IMG/VR virus record: IMGVR_UViG_3300007735_000802
Source of the DNA: a virus
DNA length: 64,000 bases
Reading direction: 5' to 3' (one strand)
Positions 46,725 to 56,617 of this stretch are shown here, piece by piece (within the stretch, counting starts at the first letter, position 1; each line of letters starts with the position of its first letter). The notes under the pieces were generated by a model. The model saw nothing but the letters and a program-made list of their open reading frames with translations, made no database searches and had not been told where the DNA came from. The translations under genes were made by a program, and so were the position numbers.

Positions 46725-46795
46725 CTACCCCGCCTAGATTCGAACTAGGAAAAAGAGATCCAAAGTCTCCTGTGATACCGTTTCACCACGGGGTA
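46725..46795 (-). tRNA. tRNA-Gln(TTG)
   Basis: TACCCCG acceptor, GGAGA-CTTTGGA-TCTCT, CCTAG-TTCGAAT-CTAGG. Confidence 0.9.
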
Positions 46796-47335
46796 TTAAA
46801 ACACATTACTTGCGAGTGCGTACATTGCGATACCACTCGCGGTTCTTACATTCAGACTCCTGACAGTTCCATATTGCTTAATATACAATCTGTGGTCGCA
46901 GATGTCAAGAATCTCTGCTGGAAGACCGACTTGTTCTTGACCGAACGCTAGAACATAATGTGTATTTTTATTCCATTCAAACTCATTAATTGCCGAAGCA
47001 CCCGGTAGATTATCTATGCCAATGACGGATACATTTCCATAGGAACCTCGTAGGATCTTGATTTGATCTTCAAGTTCAGAAAAGGTTCTGGTATGTAGAA
47101 AGTTCGTATAATGATGTGTACCGACAGTGCCGCGACGATCATATTGTTTAGATCCGTAAAGAATTACCTGTTTAGCAAGGAACGCATTCGAATTGCGAAT
47201 GACTGTAGCGATATTGAAGTCATTATATAAATTGCTGCAAATAACGGTAAAATTATTCCGTTTTGTTTCAAGGTCAGCAATGATCGCTTCATGCGACCAG
47301 TAGTGGTAGTGGTCGATGATGTTCCTCGTTTCCAT
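46796..47335 (-). CDS. SPOUT (SpoU/TrmH/TrmL-family) RNA 2'-O-methyltransferase
   Basis: NIATVIRNSNAF, FGQEQVGLP, YIKQYGTVRSLNV.TASGIAMY; leaderless promoter TTGACA-16-TATAAT. Confidence 0.88.
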   Translation of the reverse strand: METRNIIDHYHYWSHEAIIADLETKRNNFTVICSNLYNDFNIATVIRNSNAFLAKQVILYGSKQYDRRGTVGTHHYTNFLHTRTFSELEDQIKILRGSYGNVSVIGIDNLPGASAINEFEWNKNTHYVLAFGQEQVGLPAEILDICDHRLYIKQYGTVRSLNVRTASGIAMYALASNVF

Positions 47336-47357
47336 GGTTGTATTATATCAGAATTAT

Positions 47358-48839
47358 TCACTTTGTCAACCCCCTACGCTTCAATTCTGCATCAACATCT
47401 TCTAAACTTTTCTTTGCTTCAATCATTTTATTCTTAAACTCTTTTCGATCTTTATACATCTTTTCCATAAGATCTGGCAAGAATCCACGAACATTCTTTT
47501 TATAGGTTGTTCCATTTGCAGCAACGGAAAGATCTTTTCTCTTATGCTGCTCTATAAACGAAAGCGAAACATTTCCTCCAGTAAGAATACCATCAGGAGA
47601 TACTGTTCCTCTTGCACCATCTGTAGTCAAAGTCTCTGGAGAGATATTGTACTGCATAATGAGATGAGGATACAGAGAATTCAAGTCAAATGAAGCAACC
47701 CAGTGATGCATTCCAACCAAAGGTTCCTTTACATATGCACCAGCATACTGCTCGTCTTTTCTTTCTTTCTTCTTTGGAGGAATTGCAATTCCTCTTGCTT
47801 TCAAATCATTGTATATAATAACATCCCATGTTCGTACTTGTGAAAACACATCTTGATAATTAACACCAGCAGAGTATGCAAGTGCTACTGCGAGTTCAAT
47901 CAGTCTTAGTTTCTTTTCAAGTTTCTGTACTAATTCAACATCTCGAATATTATATTCAATAAACTTTTGAAAATCCTTTTTATAGAAATCGGTGATGCTC
48001 TCATACTCTGAATATGAAAGTTTTCTTTCTCCAAGTTCCACCCACGAAATATGATTTAAACTGTAAGACTCTTGATTTACATATGTAAATGTTTTATAGA
48101 GTTCGTAATAATCAAGCATTGCTATTCCGATGATATCATATGCTTGTTCTTCTGAACCCTTCTTCGTAATGAACTTTTCTTTTATGATTCCCCACGGAGA
48201 AAGTTTACGAGATATTTTCTTTCCAAGTATTTTGTTAATTCGATTAATCAAATATGGAAAATCGAAGAATCTAATGTTCCATCCAGTCACGATGTCAGGG
48301 TATGATGTTGAAAAATATTCTACAAATTTATACAGAAGATTTTCTTCAGAATCAAATTCATATACATCGATATCTTCGGTTGTCTTAAACTTACCAAGAC
48401 AAAATGTTTTCTTTCCGGTTCTTGTCGATGTGCAAGATATTGCAATGACTTCTTCTTCTGGATTTTGGATGGATGGGAAACCATTTTCTGATGCTGTCTC
48501 AATATCAATATACATGATATCGATTTGTGAGAAGTCGTAGTTTGCATTCGTCCCATATCGTGAACTTATAAACTGATACTCTATAGAAATATCACCATGA
48601 ATTTTAAAATTTGGAATTGACGAATACTTCTCTAAAAATTCCTTATATTCGTCATAAGAATCAAACTTCATCTCTGTCAAAAAATCACCCGTAAGTGACT
48701 TAACGGGTGTTTGTTTATTTGAGGGAAGATATAGAGTGTGTTTAAAATTTTCTGTTATGTATTTTGTCGAACCATCCTTTTGCTTTTCTGCTAAAAGAAT
48801 GTTTCGATAGTCATAATAAACACTTGTATAAAACTTCAT
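47358..48839 (-). CDS. gp43: family B DNA polymerase, N-terminal half (gp43A: exonuclease plus motif A)
   Basis: DIET, TGWNIRFFD, YNIRDV, SFDLNSLYPH; ends in the fingers helix. Confidence 0.92.
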   Translation of the reverse strand: MKFYTSVYYDYRNILLAEKQKDGSTKYITENFKHTLYLPSNKQTPVKSLTGDFLTEMKFDSYDEYKEFLEKYSSIPNFKIHGDISIEYQFISSRYGTNANYDFSQIDIMYIDIETASENGFPSIQNPEEEVIAISCTSTRTGKKTFCLGKFKTTEDIDVYEFDSEENLLYKFVEYFSTSYPDIVTGWNIRFFDFPYLINRINKILGKKISRKLSPWGIIKEKFITKKGSEEQAYDIIGIAMLDYYELYKTFTYVNQESYSLNHISWVELGERKLSYSEYESITDFYKKDFQKFIEYNIRDVELVQKLEKKLRLIELAVALAYSAGVNYQDVFSQVRTWDVIIYNDLKARGIAIPPKKKERKDEQYAGAYVKEPLVGMHHWVASFDLNSLYPHLIMQYNISPETLTTDGARGTVSPDGILTGGNVSLSFIEQHKRKDLSVAANGTTYKKNVRGFLPDLMEKMYKDRKEFKNKMIEAKKSLEDVDAELKRRGLTK

Positions 48840-49168
48840 GAATTTTCTTTGCTTTTAATATAAGCTGCTAGTAAAATTGAATAATTGATCATGTCAATTA
48901 GAGTATCATATACGGATTCATCTTCAACACTCAATTTTCCTTTTGCAGAGAAAGAAGAAAGTCTTGACATCTTATCAGTCATTCTGACTAGAAATGCTTG
49001 CTCTGTAGAGCAAATCCCAAGTGCTTCTGCTCTTTTAAAGTTTGCAAAAGGATTCACACCGTCACTACCTGCATAGTCTGCATTTTTCTTTTTCATCAAT
49101 TCTAAAGCATCATATGTCATGCTTTGATGCATCTTAAAAAGTTCTTCTCTCGTCATTTTAGTCTCCAA
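48836..49168 (-). CDS. MazG-like all-alpha NTP pyrophosphatase / nucleotide-modification-associated protein
   Basis: KKNADY, NPFANF, RMTDKMSRL, ESVYDTLIDMINY. Confidence 0.7.
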   Translation of the reverse strand: METKMTREELFKMHQSMTYDALELMKKKNADYAGSDGVNPFANFKRAEALGICSTEQAFLVRMTDKMSRLSSFSAKGKLSVEDESVYDTLIDMINYSILLAAYIKSKENS

Positions 49169-50492
49169 AAAGTCCCTCTAGTGTAGCAGATTTATAAGAA
49201 ATGTCAAATCCATTCTTTGAAAAACACCATATGTTTTCAATAAATGTTGTTGAGAGATGTTTCTTAAGATCCGATGATGCAATATTTTTTGGTCTTTGCT
49301 TTATTCTCATTCCTATTTGCCCATCAAATATTCCACCAAGTGATATGATATGATCTACCATCTGATCACATGTAGTATATCGTTTTCCGCTTACCCACGG
49401 ATCCATAATATTCATCATCATAGAACCACTTTCGCTGAGTGATTCATAACATGCTGTAATTACTGGTTTATAGAATTTATTCCACCAATTATCATATTCT
49501 GGATATCTGAACCACGATTGTTTCCAATCATCTCCACCTTCATCATATAATTCAGTAGAAAAATAGGGAGGTGAAGTAAAAATACAATCATATTTGTGCT
49601 TTTTTATTTCATTCAGTATGTCTTCTGCTGGTGCGTTATATGCAAACACTTCTTTTCCTGATTTGCCAAGACAATGGAAACCATCGTAAATATGATCTCC
49701 CTTTTTTATCTGTATCTTAGTTATAATAGGCAACTCACCTGAAAGCATCATCTCATAATCTTCACACTGTTTGAGATAAACAGCAAACACACTTGGATTT
49801 GGATCTGTTCCAACATAGATATTTGCTTTTGAAGCATAAAATCCAGCAAGTCTATCTCCCCATCCCATGCTTATATCAAGAACAGATTTTGTATTTGAGT
49901 TTATCTTGGAAAAGACAAAGTCATAAATTGTCTTTGCAACATGTGGTTTAAATTGAGTTGCTACATATGCACCAAGTCTGAATGATCCTCTGAATGTAAC
50001 TGGTGTCATTCCATCATTGTCTAGTCTCCAAAAAGTCCAATTCATCTTTTTTAGATCATCTGGAGAATACCAATATTCATTTGGAGACAAAAATCCATGA
50101 GATCCACAATCGTATCGATTTCGTTGCTGATAATAATTGCTTATGTCATTGAAATAATGACCATATGATATTACTGTTTTTCCATGCTTTGAAAATGGAT
50201 ATTTGTAATCATTATACTTTTCAACAACATCACCCTGATCTTTCATAATGAAAGACGAAAAGTTTGTTGTCTTTAACTGATTGAACTTGTCAGCAACATC
50301 CTCAAAACTTATTTTTCTAAAAGGAAACAATACAGAATTTTTTGAAATATATTCTGCAAGACCTTCTTTTATTTCTTCTTTTGTAAATTTAAAATTTAAT
50401 TCTTGCCAATCGGTTCCAACAATAGTTGGAATTCCATCAGCGTCTGCAAATTTTGAAATAAATTCAACAACATCATCTATTTTAGTATTCAT
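49158..50492 (-). CDS. amino-type DNA methyltransferase (N4C or N6A)
   Basis: Motif I VLDISMGWGDRL; motif IV FTSPPYF. Confidence 0.85.
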   Translation of the reverse strand: MNTKIDDVVEFISKFADADGIPTIVGTDWQELNFKFTKEEIKEGLAEYISKNSVLFPFRKISFEDVADKFNQLKTTNFSSFIMKDQGDVVEKYNDYKYPFSKHGKTVISYGHYFNDISNYYQQRNRYDCGSHGFLSPNEYWYSPDDLKKMNWTFWRLDNDGMTPVTFRGSFRLGAYVATQFKPHVAKTIYDFVFSKINSNTKSVLDISMGWGDRLAGFYASKANIYVGTDPNPSVFAVYLKQCEDYEMMLSGELPIITKIQIKKGDHIYDGFHCLGKSGKEVFAYNAPAEDILNEIKKHKYDCIFTSPPYFSTELYDEGGDDWKQSWFRYPEYDNWWNKFYKPVITACYESLSESGSMMMNIMDPWVSGKRYTTCDQMVDHIISLGGIFDGQIGMRIKQRPKNIASSDLKKHLSTTFIENIWCFSKNGFDISYKSATLEGLFGD

Positions 50493-51028
50493 TATATTCC
50501 TGTGGAACCGAATCCACCATCACGATCAGTTTTAATTTTTGGTTTTTCTGTTGTATATGCAAATATAGTAGGATTATTTAAAACCATTTCACCCTGTGCT
50601 ATTCTCTCTCCACAATAAATTCTTATCTTTTCTTGTGAGTTATTGTACAAGGGAACAAATAACTGTTCAACATAATCAGAATCAATTATACCAACACAAT
50701 TAATCAAGTTCAATCCTTTTTTAGAAGAAATACCTGATCTTGGATATATTCTTACAGAATGACCTTCAGGAATGTCAAGAATAAGACCCGTAGGTATTAA
50801 TGCCCTCCACTCCCCAGGAAGATCAATGAAATTTTTCCCTTCGGCATCTTGCGTTGCCAAAATTTCTACAAGACCATTGTTCTTTGTATATGCCTTAACA
50901 CATGTCTGGAATGTTATATAAGAAGATATATCAAAACATGCTGCCTGTTCTGAACCATATTTTAGGTTAGGAACATCTTCATGTAATTTATAAAGAGTAA
51001 GTAATTGTGTTTTGAATTTTTCATTCAT
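50492..51028 (-). CDS. dut: trimeric dUTPase
   Basis: AACFD, PRSG, GIIDSDY, RIAQ, RDGGFGSTG; leaderless promoter TTGACA-16-TATAAT. Confidence 0.95.
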   Translation of the reverse strand: MNEKFKTQLLTLYKLHEDVPNLKYGSEQAACFDISSYITFQTCVKAYTKNNGLVEILATQDAEGKNFIDLPGEWRALIPTGLILDIPEGHSVRIYPRSGISSKKGLNLINCVGIIDSDYVEQLFVPLYNNSQEKIRIYCGERIAQGEMVLNNPTIFAYTTEKPKIKTDRDGGFGSTGI

Positions 51029-51051
51029 AGCAATATTATATCAATACAGAA

Positions 51052-51375
51052 TTAGATGTCAATAGCACCACTAAATTCAGAAACATTATCTTTTACAAAT
51101 TCATAAGATTTTGTAATGAGATTAGAGTTTTGCAATATTGATGGATTGAAATATAAATTTGCCTCTGATTCATTAGTAACAATTGTTTTTGACATAAAAG
51201 AATCTCTACCATCCAATCTGGCTTGTTCTGTAAGATATCCTTCAAGAAGTATTGTTATTGTATTGATGACTTGATTTTCACTTGAAATCCACTCAGAAAT
51301 GACTTTTTGTATTTTCCAATACTCAGCAGATATTCCAGAATTATTATTGATGTATATTTGTTTTTGTAGTGCCAT
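51052..51375 (-). CDS. tail-fibre-associated protein
   Basis: End of the fibre operon; MALQK...EFSGAID. Confidence 0.55.
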   Translation of the reverse strand: MALQKQIYINNNSGISAEYWKIQKVISEWISSENQVINTITILLEGYLTEQARLDGRDSFMSKTIVTNESEANLYFNPSILQNSNLITKSYEFVKDNVSEFSGAIDI

Positions 51376-51384
51376 GTTTTATCC

Positions 51385-51600
51385 TTATATTTCGCTTGGA
51401 TCGACTTCTACAAAGTCCTCTGGGCGAAGATGTACTAATCGTTTTCCACAATAAACACCTTCAACAATACATCTTGTTGAGTCTTGTGCTATTGTGCCGA
51501 GATATATGAATCTATCGTTTTCCTTAATATCAAACACTGCAACATCAATATCTGTGATATCAACAGCCTTGACAATTGAATTTACTCTTGGTAATGGCAT
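51385..51600 (-). CDS. hypothetical protein
   Basis: AAGGA RBS. Confidence 0.6.
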   Translation of the reverse strand: MPLPRVNSIVKAVDITDIDVAVFDIKENDRFIYLGTIAQDSTRCIVEGVYCGKRLVHLRPEDFVEVDPSEI

Positions 51601-51610
51601 TAGTTTATCC

Positions 51611-52507
51611 TTATGTTGAGAAAATTATCATCTCTCTGTCTAGTTTTCTTCGTATTCTAGCATAGATGTAATCGACTAAAATAAATGTAGAATTTGCTGT
51701 AGCAGTTCCAGCCTTAGCACAGACTAAACCAACACCCATTGTATCTGTAGATGCTAGTGGATAATATGTTGCTGGCACTGAAGGAGCAGCAGTTCCACTT
51801 GTAGTTACTCCTGTTGTTAAATTTTTTACACTATATGTTGTAGTAAATGTTCCTGCTGAGTTTCTTTCAACAGACAAATATAATCTATATCCTGTACTTG
51901 CAGATACAGTTACATTTGTATTTACTCTTTCTTGATTTGGATTGTTTCTGAATACTATATTCCATGTGGTGTCATTTGTTGTACCGTCATATAAAAACTC
52001 AAAATATACACCATCGTTTGGTGCGCTGTTAGTAGCAGTAGACATAGCACCAAATCTTATTGATCCGTTTCTAGTCGCTCCAAATATATTTGCATCTGTC
52101 TCAATATTGCATTCAAATTCATATTTTGTTATAAAACTATTTGTTGGAGTTGGAATTCCACCAAGAATTGATATAGAACTTTGAACAGCGGAATAAGCAG
52201 TAGCATTATTTGTAGTTCCAGTTTCTAATCTAAGAATTCCTATTGAGTTATCTATTCCAAATGAAGCATAGTCTGTAGTGCTATTTGATGTAACCGATCC
52301 ACCACCAGAAACTGGAGTAACAAAAACACCACCAGAAATAGGAACGGTTCCAGCAGTGGTTGCCGATTGAATAAAATCGGAAAACATAATTGTATCCATT
52401 TGACTTGCTGTCAAACCAGTTTCGAATCTACTGTATGAAGTGGCAGCAGAGGGCATATTTTCTACCCGACCGACACCATCGTTCACATTCATTACACCAT
52501 ATGCCAT
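51611..52507 (-). CDS. beta-sandwich virion/fibre protein, paralog 2
   Basis: Shares long identical blocks with 52517-53419 (DGVYFEFLYDGTTNDTTWNIVFR). Confidence 0.7.
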   Translation of the reverse strand: MAYGVMNVNDGVGRVENMPSAATSYSRFETGLTASQMDTIMFSDFIQSATTAGTVPISGGVFVTPVSGGGSVTSNSTTDYASFGIDNSIGILRLETGTTNNATAYSAVQSSISILGGIPTPTNSFITKYEFECNIETDANIFGATRNGSIRFGAMSTATNSAPNDGVYFEFLYDGTTNDTTWNIVFRNNPNQERVNTNVTVSASTGYRLYLSVERNSAGTFTTTYSVKNLTTGVTTSGTAAPSVPATYYPLASTDTMGVGLVCAKAGTATANSTFILVDYIYARIRRKLDREMIIFST

Positions 52508-52516
52508 TTGTTTTCC

Positions 52517-53419
52517 TTATGTACCAAATGCTACCATTTCTCTATTCAATTTCTTTCTAATTCTACAAGTAATATAATCAGACAATACAAAAGTAGAGTT
52601 TGCTGTTGCAGTTCCTGCTTTTGAACAAACTAATGATATTCCCATGTAGTTCACACCGCTGTCTGCTGGATAATAAGTTCCTGGAACTGACGGTGCTGCT
52701 GTTCCTGTAGTTTCTGTATTATCTGTTACATTTTTTATTCTATAACTGGTGGTAAAAGTTCCTGCTGTATTTCGTTCAACACTCATATACAATCTATACA
52801 TTTTACTTGCTGTAAAATTGACACTTGTGTTTACTCGTTCTTGCGTTGCGTCTCTTCTGAATACTATATTCCATGTAGTGTCATTTGTTGTACCATCATA
52901 TAAAAATTCAAAATATACACCATCGGTTGGAGCAGTATTGATATTTCCAGACATCAAACCAAAGCGAATAGATCCGTTTCTTGCTGCTCCAAAAACAACT
53001 GAATCTGTTTGTAAATTACATTCCCATTCATATTTAGTGACATATCCAGTTGTTGGTGTTGGTATTCCGTCCACCAATCCATTTGCTGTTGTTATTGCTG
53101 CATATCCTGTGGCATTGTTTGTTGTGCCTGTTGTAAGTCTGATCACTCCTATGCATTTTTCAGATCCAATGGAAGTATAATCAGTAGTGCTGTTTGATGT
53201 TACTGCTCCTCCGTTGGCAACTGGAGTATAGTAACATCCACCAGAAACAGGAACTGTCGCAGAAGAAGTAGCACTACTAACAAAATCAGAAAATAACAAA
53301 GTATCCATTTGCACGGCATTAGTAACACCAACTGCAAGTCTTTCATATTTTGTTAATGATGATGGTAATAATTCAATATTACCAACACCACCATTTATAC
53401 TCATGACTCCATATGCCAT
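52517..53419 (-). CDS. beta-sandwich virion/fibre protein, paralog 1
   Basis: Tandem duplicate of 51611-52507. Confidence 0.7.
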   Translation of the reverse strand: MAYGVMSINGGVGNIELLPSSLTKYERLAVGVTNAVQMDTLLFSDFVSSATSSATVPVSGGCYYTPVANGGAVTSNSTTDYTSIGSEKCIGVIRLTTGTTNNATGYAAITTANGLVDGIPTPTTGYVTKYEWECNLQTDSVVFGAARNGSIRFGLMSGNINTAPTDGVYFEFLYDGTTNDTTWNIVFRRDATQERVNTSVNFTASKMYRLYMSVERNTAGTFTTSYRIKNVTDNTETTGTAAPSVPGTYYPADSGVNYMGISLVCSKAGTATANSTFVLSDYITCRIRKKLNREMVAFGT

Positions 53420-53429
53420 TTGCTCTCCT

Positions 53430-55412
53430 TTATACTATAGACCAGTTGGATCCATTACTTATCAAACCAATTGCCTGATATTGTTTATTTAAATAATATG
53501 CCGTAGCACCATCTATAGTCTGAGATGATGTTGTAAATATATTAATCGTTGATGCAGTTGTGCTTTTAACTGTATAAAGATTTGTATTTGATGCTGCCGT
53601 TGGCATGGTTAGTGTTAATCCAGCAGTTGCAATGTAAATATAATCAGTCGATGCAGCAGATCCTGCTGTTGTGTCTGTGCTTATACTTGATATTGATCGT
53701 GATATTCCAGATCCAGATGCTGATCCCCATGTGATGCCAGAACCAGTTGACATCAAAACTTGATTGTTTGTGCCTGTTGAACCACCAATATAAATTTTTG
53801 CAGAAGATCCAAATGTTATTCCATCTGCGACAAATAAACTTTCGCCTGATATTCCACCAACAACATGTAATTTAGCTGCTGGTGATGTGGTATTGATTCC
53901 AACATTTCCATTTAAATCAACAAGAAGTCTTGTATTTTGTGTCTCACCATATTCAGTTCCAGCAACACCAGTAATATTTGTATGGATCGACACACCAGTG
54001 TCATATCTCATCTTTACATAGTGACCAATATCAAATGTTGTTTTTTCAACTTTTGCGGCAGATTGCTTTGATGCTGCTACTGAATTTCCCCAAATTAATG
54101 CAGAAGATGATGTTGTTTCGGATACTGTTCCGTAAACACCAATATTCATTCTTTGTGCTGTGTTACCTATTGCTTGATAAGGAATACTTAATAAATTACC
54201 AATTATCGCTTGGTCAACGACATTTAATTTAGAAGCAGTTAATCCACTATTTACAAATACAACACCATTGAATGTTCCCCCAGATGCACTCAATCCGAAA
54301 TTTGCTGTCAATAATCCACTAAGTGTTGTACCAGCAGCACTCAATCCTCCATTTACTCTAACATCATTTGTAAATTCAAAGTTACCGACAGTTGTGTTTC
54401 CATCATTTGCTCTGATTGTTGATAATTTAACACCAGAACCAGAAGAAGTTGTATCAACTTTCATACCAAAATGAGTTGTTCCTGTGCCATTTGGCATCAA
54501 GTCAATTGACCCATTTGTAGAATTTCTTATAAATTCATCATTTGCTAAATTTACATTTGATGTAAACTTTCCACCAGTATTAAATGCTATATTTGTTGGT
54601 ACAAAACTTACAGCATATAAAGATCCAGTATTAACATTAACAGTAGTTGCAATTACATCTATAGATGATGGAATATTATCAGTATCTCCACCGGAAAGTC
54701 TAATATAAGCTGGGTCATCAATAAGTGCTGTAGTTTCTTGTGACTTAATTTCTAAATATTTTGAAGTAGCAGCGACAGATGGTGCAGAATGTAACATTCT
54801 AGTTCCGCTACTAGAAGTATCATTGAACACAATAGAATTTGTCATTGCTGAGAAAGTTATTCCGCGAGAAAACAATCCACCCGCAGAAGTGAACCCAGAA
54901 CTCATCACCTGAAGGACTGAGAATGTATTTCCTTCATTTGTTCGTGCAACATTTGTAATTGCACCAGTTGATCCATTTAGCGAGGAGACATAGTTGACGA
55001 ACGATACTGCACCCGTTGAACCATTAAATGATATTACATATTCTGTTGGTATTGCCCCAGTAGCACCAGTAGCACCAGTAGCACCAGTAGGGCCAACAGA
55101 ACCAGCAGGACCAGTAGCTCCTGTAATTCCTATAGGACCAGTAGGACCAGTAGGTCCAGTAGGTCCAGTAGGTCCAGTAGCACCAATACCACCAGAAATG
55201 CTATCCACATAAGTTTTAACAGCATATTGAGTGGGTATTTTTGTCTGACTATTTGAGGCTAAGGTTGCGCTGTTATCTATTTCAGCACCAACCCAAACGG
55301 CAGAAGAAGTAACACCAAGAAATAATTTATTATTGGCATAATCCCATGCTGGTTCAGCAAGGGTTAGTCCACTTGGTCCTGTAATTCCTCTTTTAAATTT
55401 TATTGTTGCCAT
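53430..55412 (-). CDS. tail fibre protein with collagen-like segment
   Basis: IKFKRG N-terminus, GPT repeats, [16 protein letters not shown]. Confidence 0.8.
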   Translation of the reverse strand: MATIKFKRGITGPSGLTLAEPAWDYANNKLFLGVTSSAVWVGAEIDNSATLASNSQTKIPTQYAVKTYVDSISGGIGATGPTGPTGPTGPTGPIGITGATGPAGSVGPTGATGATGATGAIPTEYVISFNGSTGAVSFVNYVSSLNGSTGAITNVARTNEGNTFSVLQVMSSGFTSAGGLFSRGITFSAMTNSIVFNDTSSSGTRMLHSAPSVAATSKYLEIKSQETTALIDDPAYIRLSGGDTDNIPSSIDVIATTVNVNTGSLYAVSFVPTNIAFNTGGKFTSNVNLANDEFIRNSTNGSIDLMPNGTGTTHFGMKVDTTSSGSGVKLSTIRANDGNTTVGNFEFTNDVRVNGGLSAAGTTLSGLLTANFGLSASGGTFNGVVFVNSGLTASKLNVVDQAIIGNLLSIPYQAIGNTAQRMNIGVYGTVSETTSSSALIWGNSVAASKQSAAKVEKTTFDIGHYVKMRYDTGVSIHTNITGVAGTEYGETQNTRLLVDLNGNVGINTTSPAAKLHVVGGISGESLFVADGITFGSSAKIYIGGSTGTNNQVLMSTGSGITWGSASGSGISRSISSISTDTTAGSAASTDYIYIATAGLTLTMPTAASNTNLYTVKSTTASTINIFTTSSQTIDGATAYYLNKQYQAIGLISNGSNWSIV

Positions 55413-56617
55413 TAATATGTTCCGCCATCTATATTTAGATCACCTAAAACAATTAAATTTCCACTTATTGTTACATTGTTAGGTAATCCAATTATAATAT
55501 TTGGACAAGAGTTTGTTATTTCTATTTCATTTATAGTTCCAGTAATTCCTAAAATACCAGTGCATCCATTCAGCGATATTAAATAATCACCAACAGGACC
55601 AGTTGGACCTGTGATACCTTGAATACCCTGAGATCCGGTAGGACCAGTTGGACCTGTGATACCCTGAGATCCTGTAGGACCAGTTGGACCTGTGATACCT
55701 TGAATACCCTGAGATCCTGTAGGACCAGTTGGACCAGTTGGACCTGTTAGTTTATTATTTTGAACATATCGATATACTGCATCAGCAGTTGCGAGTGCAG
55801 AACTTCCAGACTGCACATCTCCAGTAACTGCTGTAATCTCTATTGTTGCTCCAACTTTTGATCCCAGTATTTGACTAGGAGAATTGCTCGTAATGTCGTC
55901 AACAAATGTATCAATAGTGTTAATTGATCTTACATGGCCATAAGCATCTATAGTAATTGTATTATTATTTGCAATTGCATATGTATTTCCACCCAAAGGA
56001 GAAGTAGCATGAGAAATAGTCAAAGCACCAGAACTTACAATAATAGGAGACACACCAGTATACTGAGGTCCAGTTGGACCAGTTGGACCAATAGAACCAG
56101 TTGGTCCAGTTGGACCTGTAATTCCTTGTATTCCTTGTGCTCCAGTTGGACCCGTTGATCCTGTTGGACCAGTTGGTCCAATAGAACCAGTTGGACCAGT
56201 TGGACCAGTTGGACCAGGAACTGTAGAATCTGCTCCAGTTGCTCCCGTTGGTCCAATAGAACCAGTTGGACCAGTTGGACCAGTTGGACCAATAGAACCA
56301 GTTGGTCCAGTTACACCCTGAATACCCTGTATGCCTTGTGGTCCTGACAAAGCAACACCAGGATAAGAAGCATATAAAACAGTAGAAGATGCTTGTGTAT
56401 TTGCTACTACATTTATTGATTGTGGTGCTGCTACTGTAAGTTGAACAGAACTTTGTTGATTTACTACAACATTGTTACTTGATTGTGATGTTGCAGTGAT
56501 TGTTGTTGCGGGACTATTCGAAGCAATTAAATTTGATAAATTACCAGAACCAGAAGATTGTACTTCTGTTCTTTCTATTATTCTAGTAATTACAAGTATT
56601 GCTTGGGTTATAGACAT
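55412..56617 (-). CDS. collagen-like fibre protein
   Basis: Extensive G-P-T and G-x-Q repeats; IDGGTY end. Confidence 0.85.
   Translation of the reverse strand: MSITQAILVITRIIERTEVQSSGSGNLSNLIASNSPATTITATSQSSNNVVVNQQSSVQLTVAAPQSINVVANTQASSTVLYASYPGVALSGPQGIQGIQGVTGPTGSIGPTGPTGPTGSIGPTGATGADSTVPGPTGPTGPTGSIGPTGPTGSTGPTGAQGIQGITGPTGPTGSIGPTGPTGPQYTGVSPIIVSSGALTISHATSPLGGNTYAIANNNTITIDAYGHVRSINTIDTFVDDITSNSPSQILGSKVGATIEITAVTGDVQSGSSALATADAVYRYVQNNKLTGPTGPTGPTGSQGIQGITGPTGPTGSQGITGPTGPTGSQGIQGITGPTGPVGDYLISLNGCTGILGITGTINEIEITNSCPNIIIGLPNNVTISGNLIVLGDLNIDGGTY

Noticed and set aside
43607-47357. Intron or split intein interrupting gp43
   Set aside because: No intein N- or C-terminal motifs, no recognisable group I/II core or homing endonuclease; the insert holds ordinary genes and gp43B has its own promoter.
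55060-56345. 9-bp GGACCAGTT-type tandem repeats as regulatory or DGR repeats
   Set aside because: Fully explained by Gly-Pro-Thr collagen coding; no reverse transcriptase or TR/VR pair seen.
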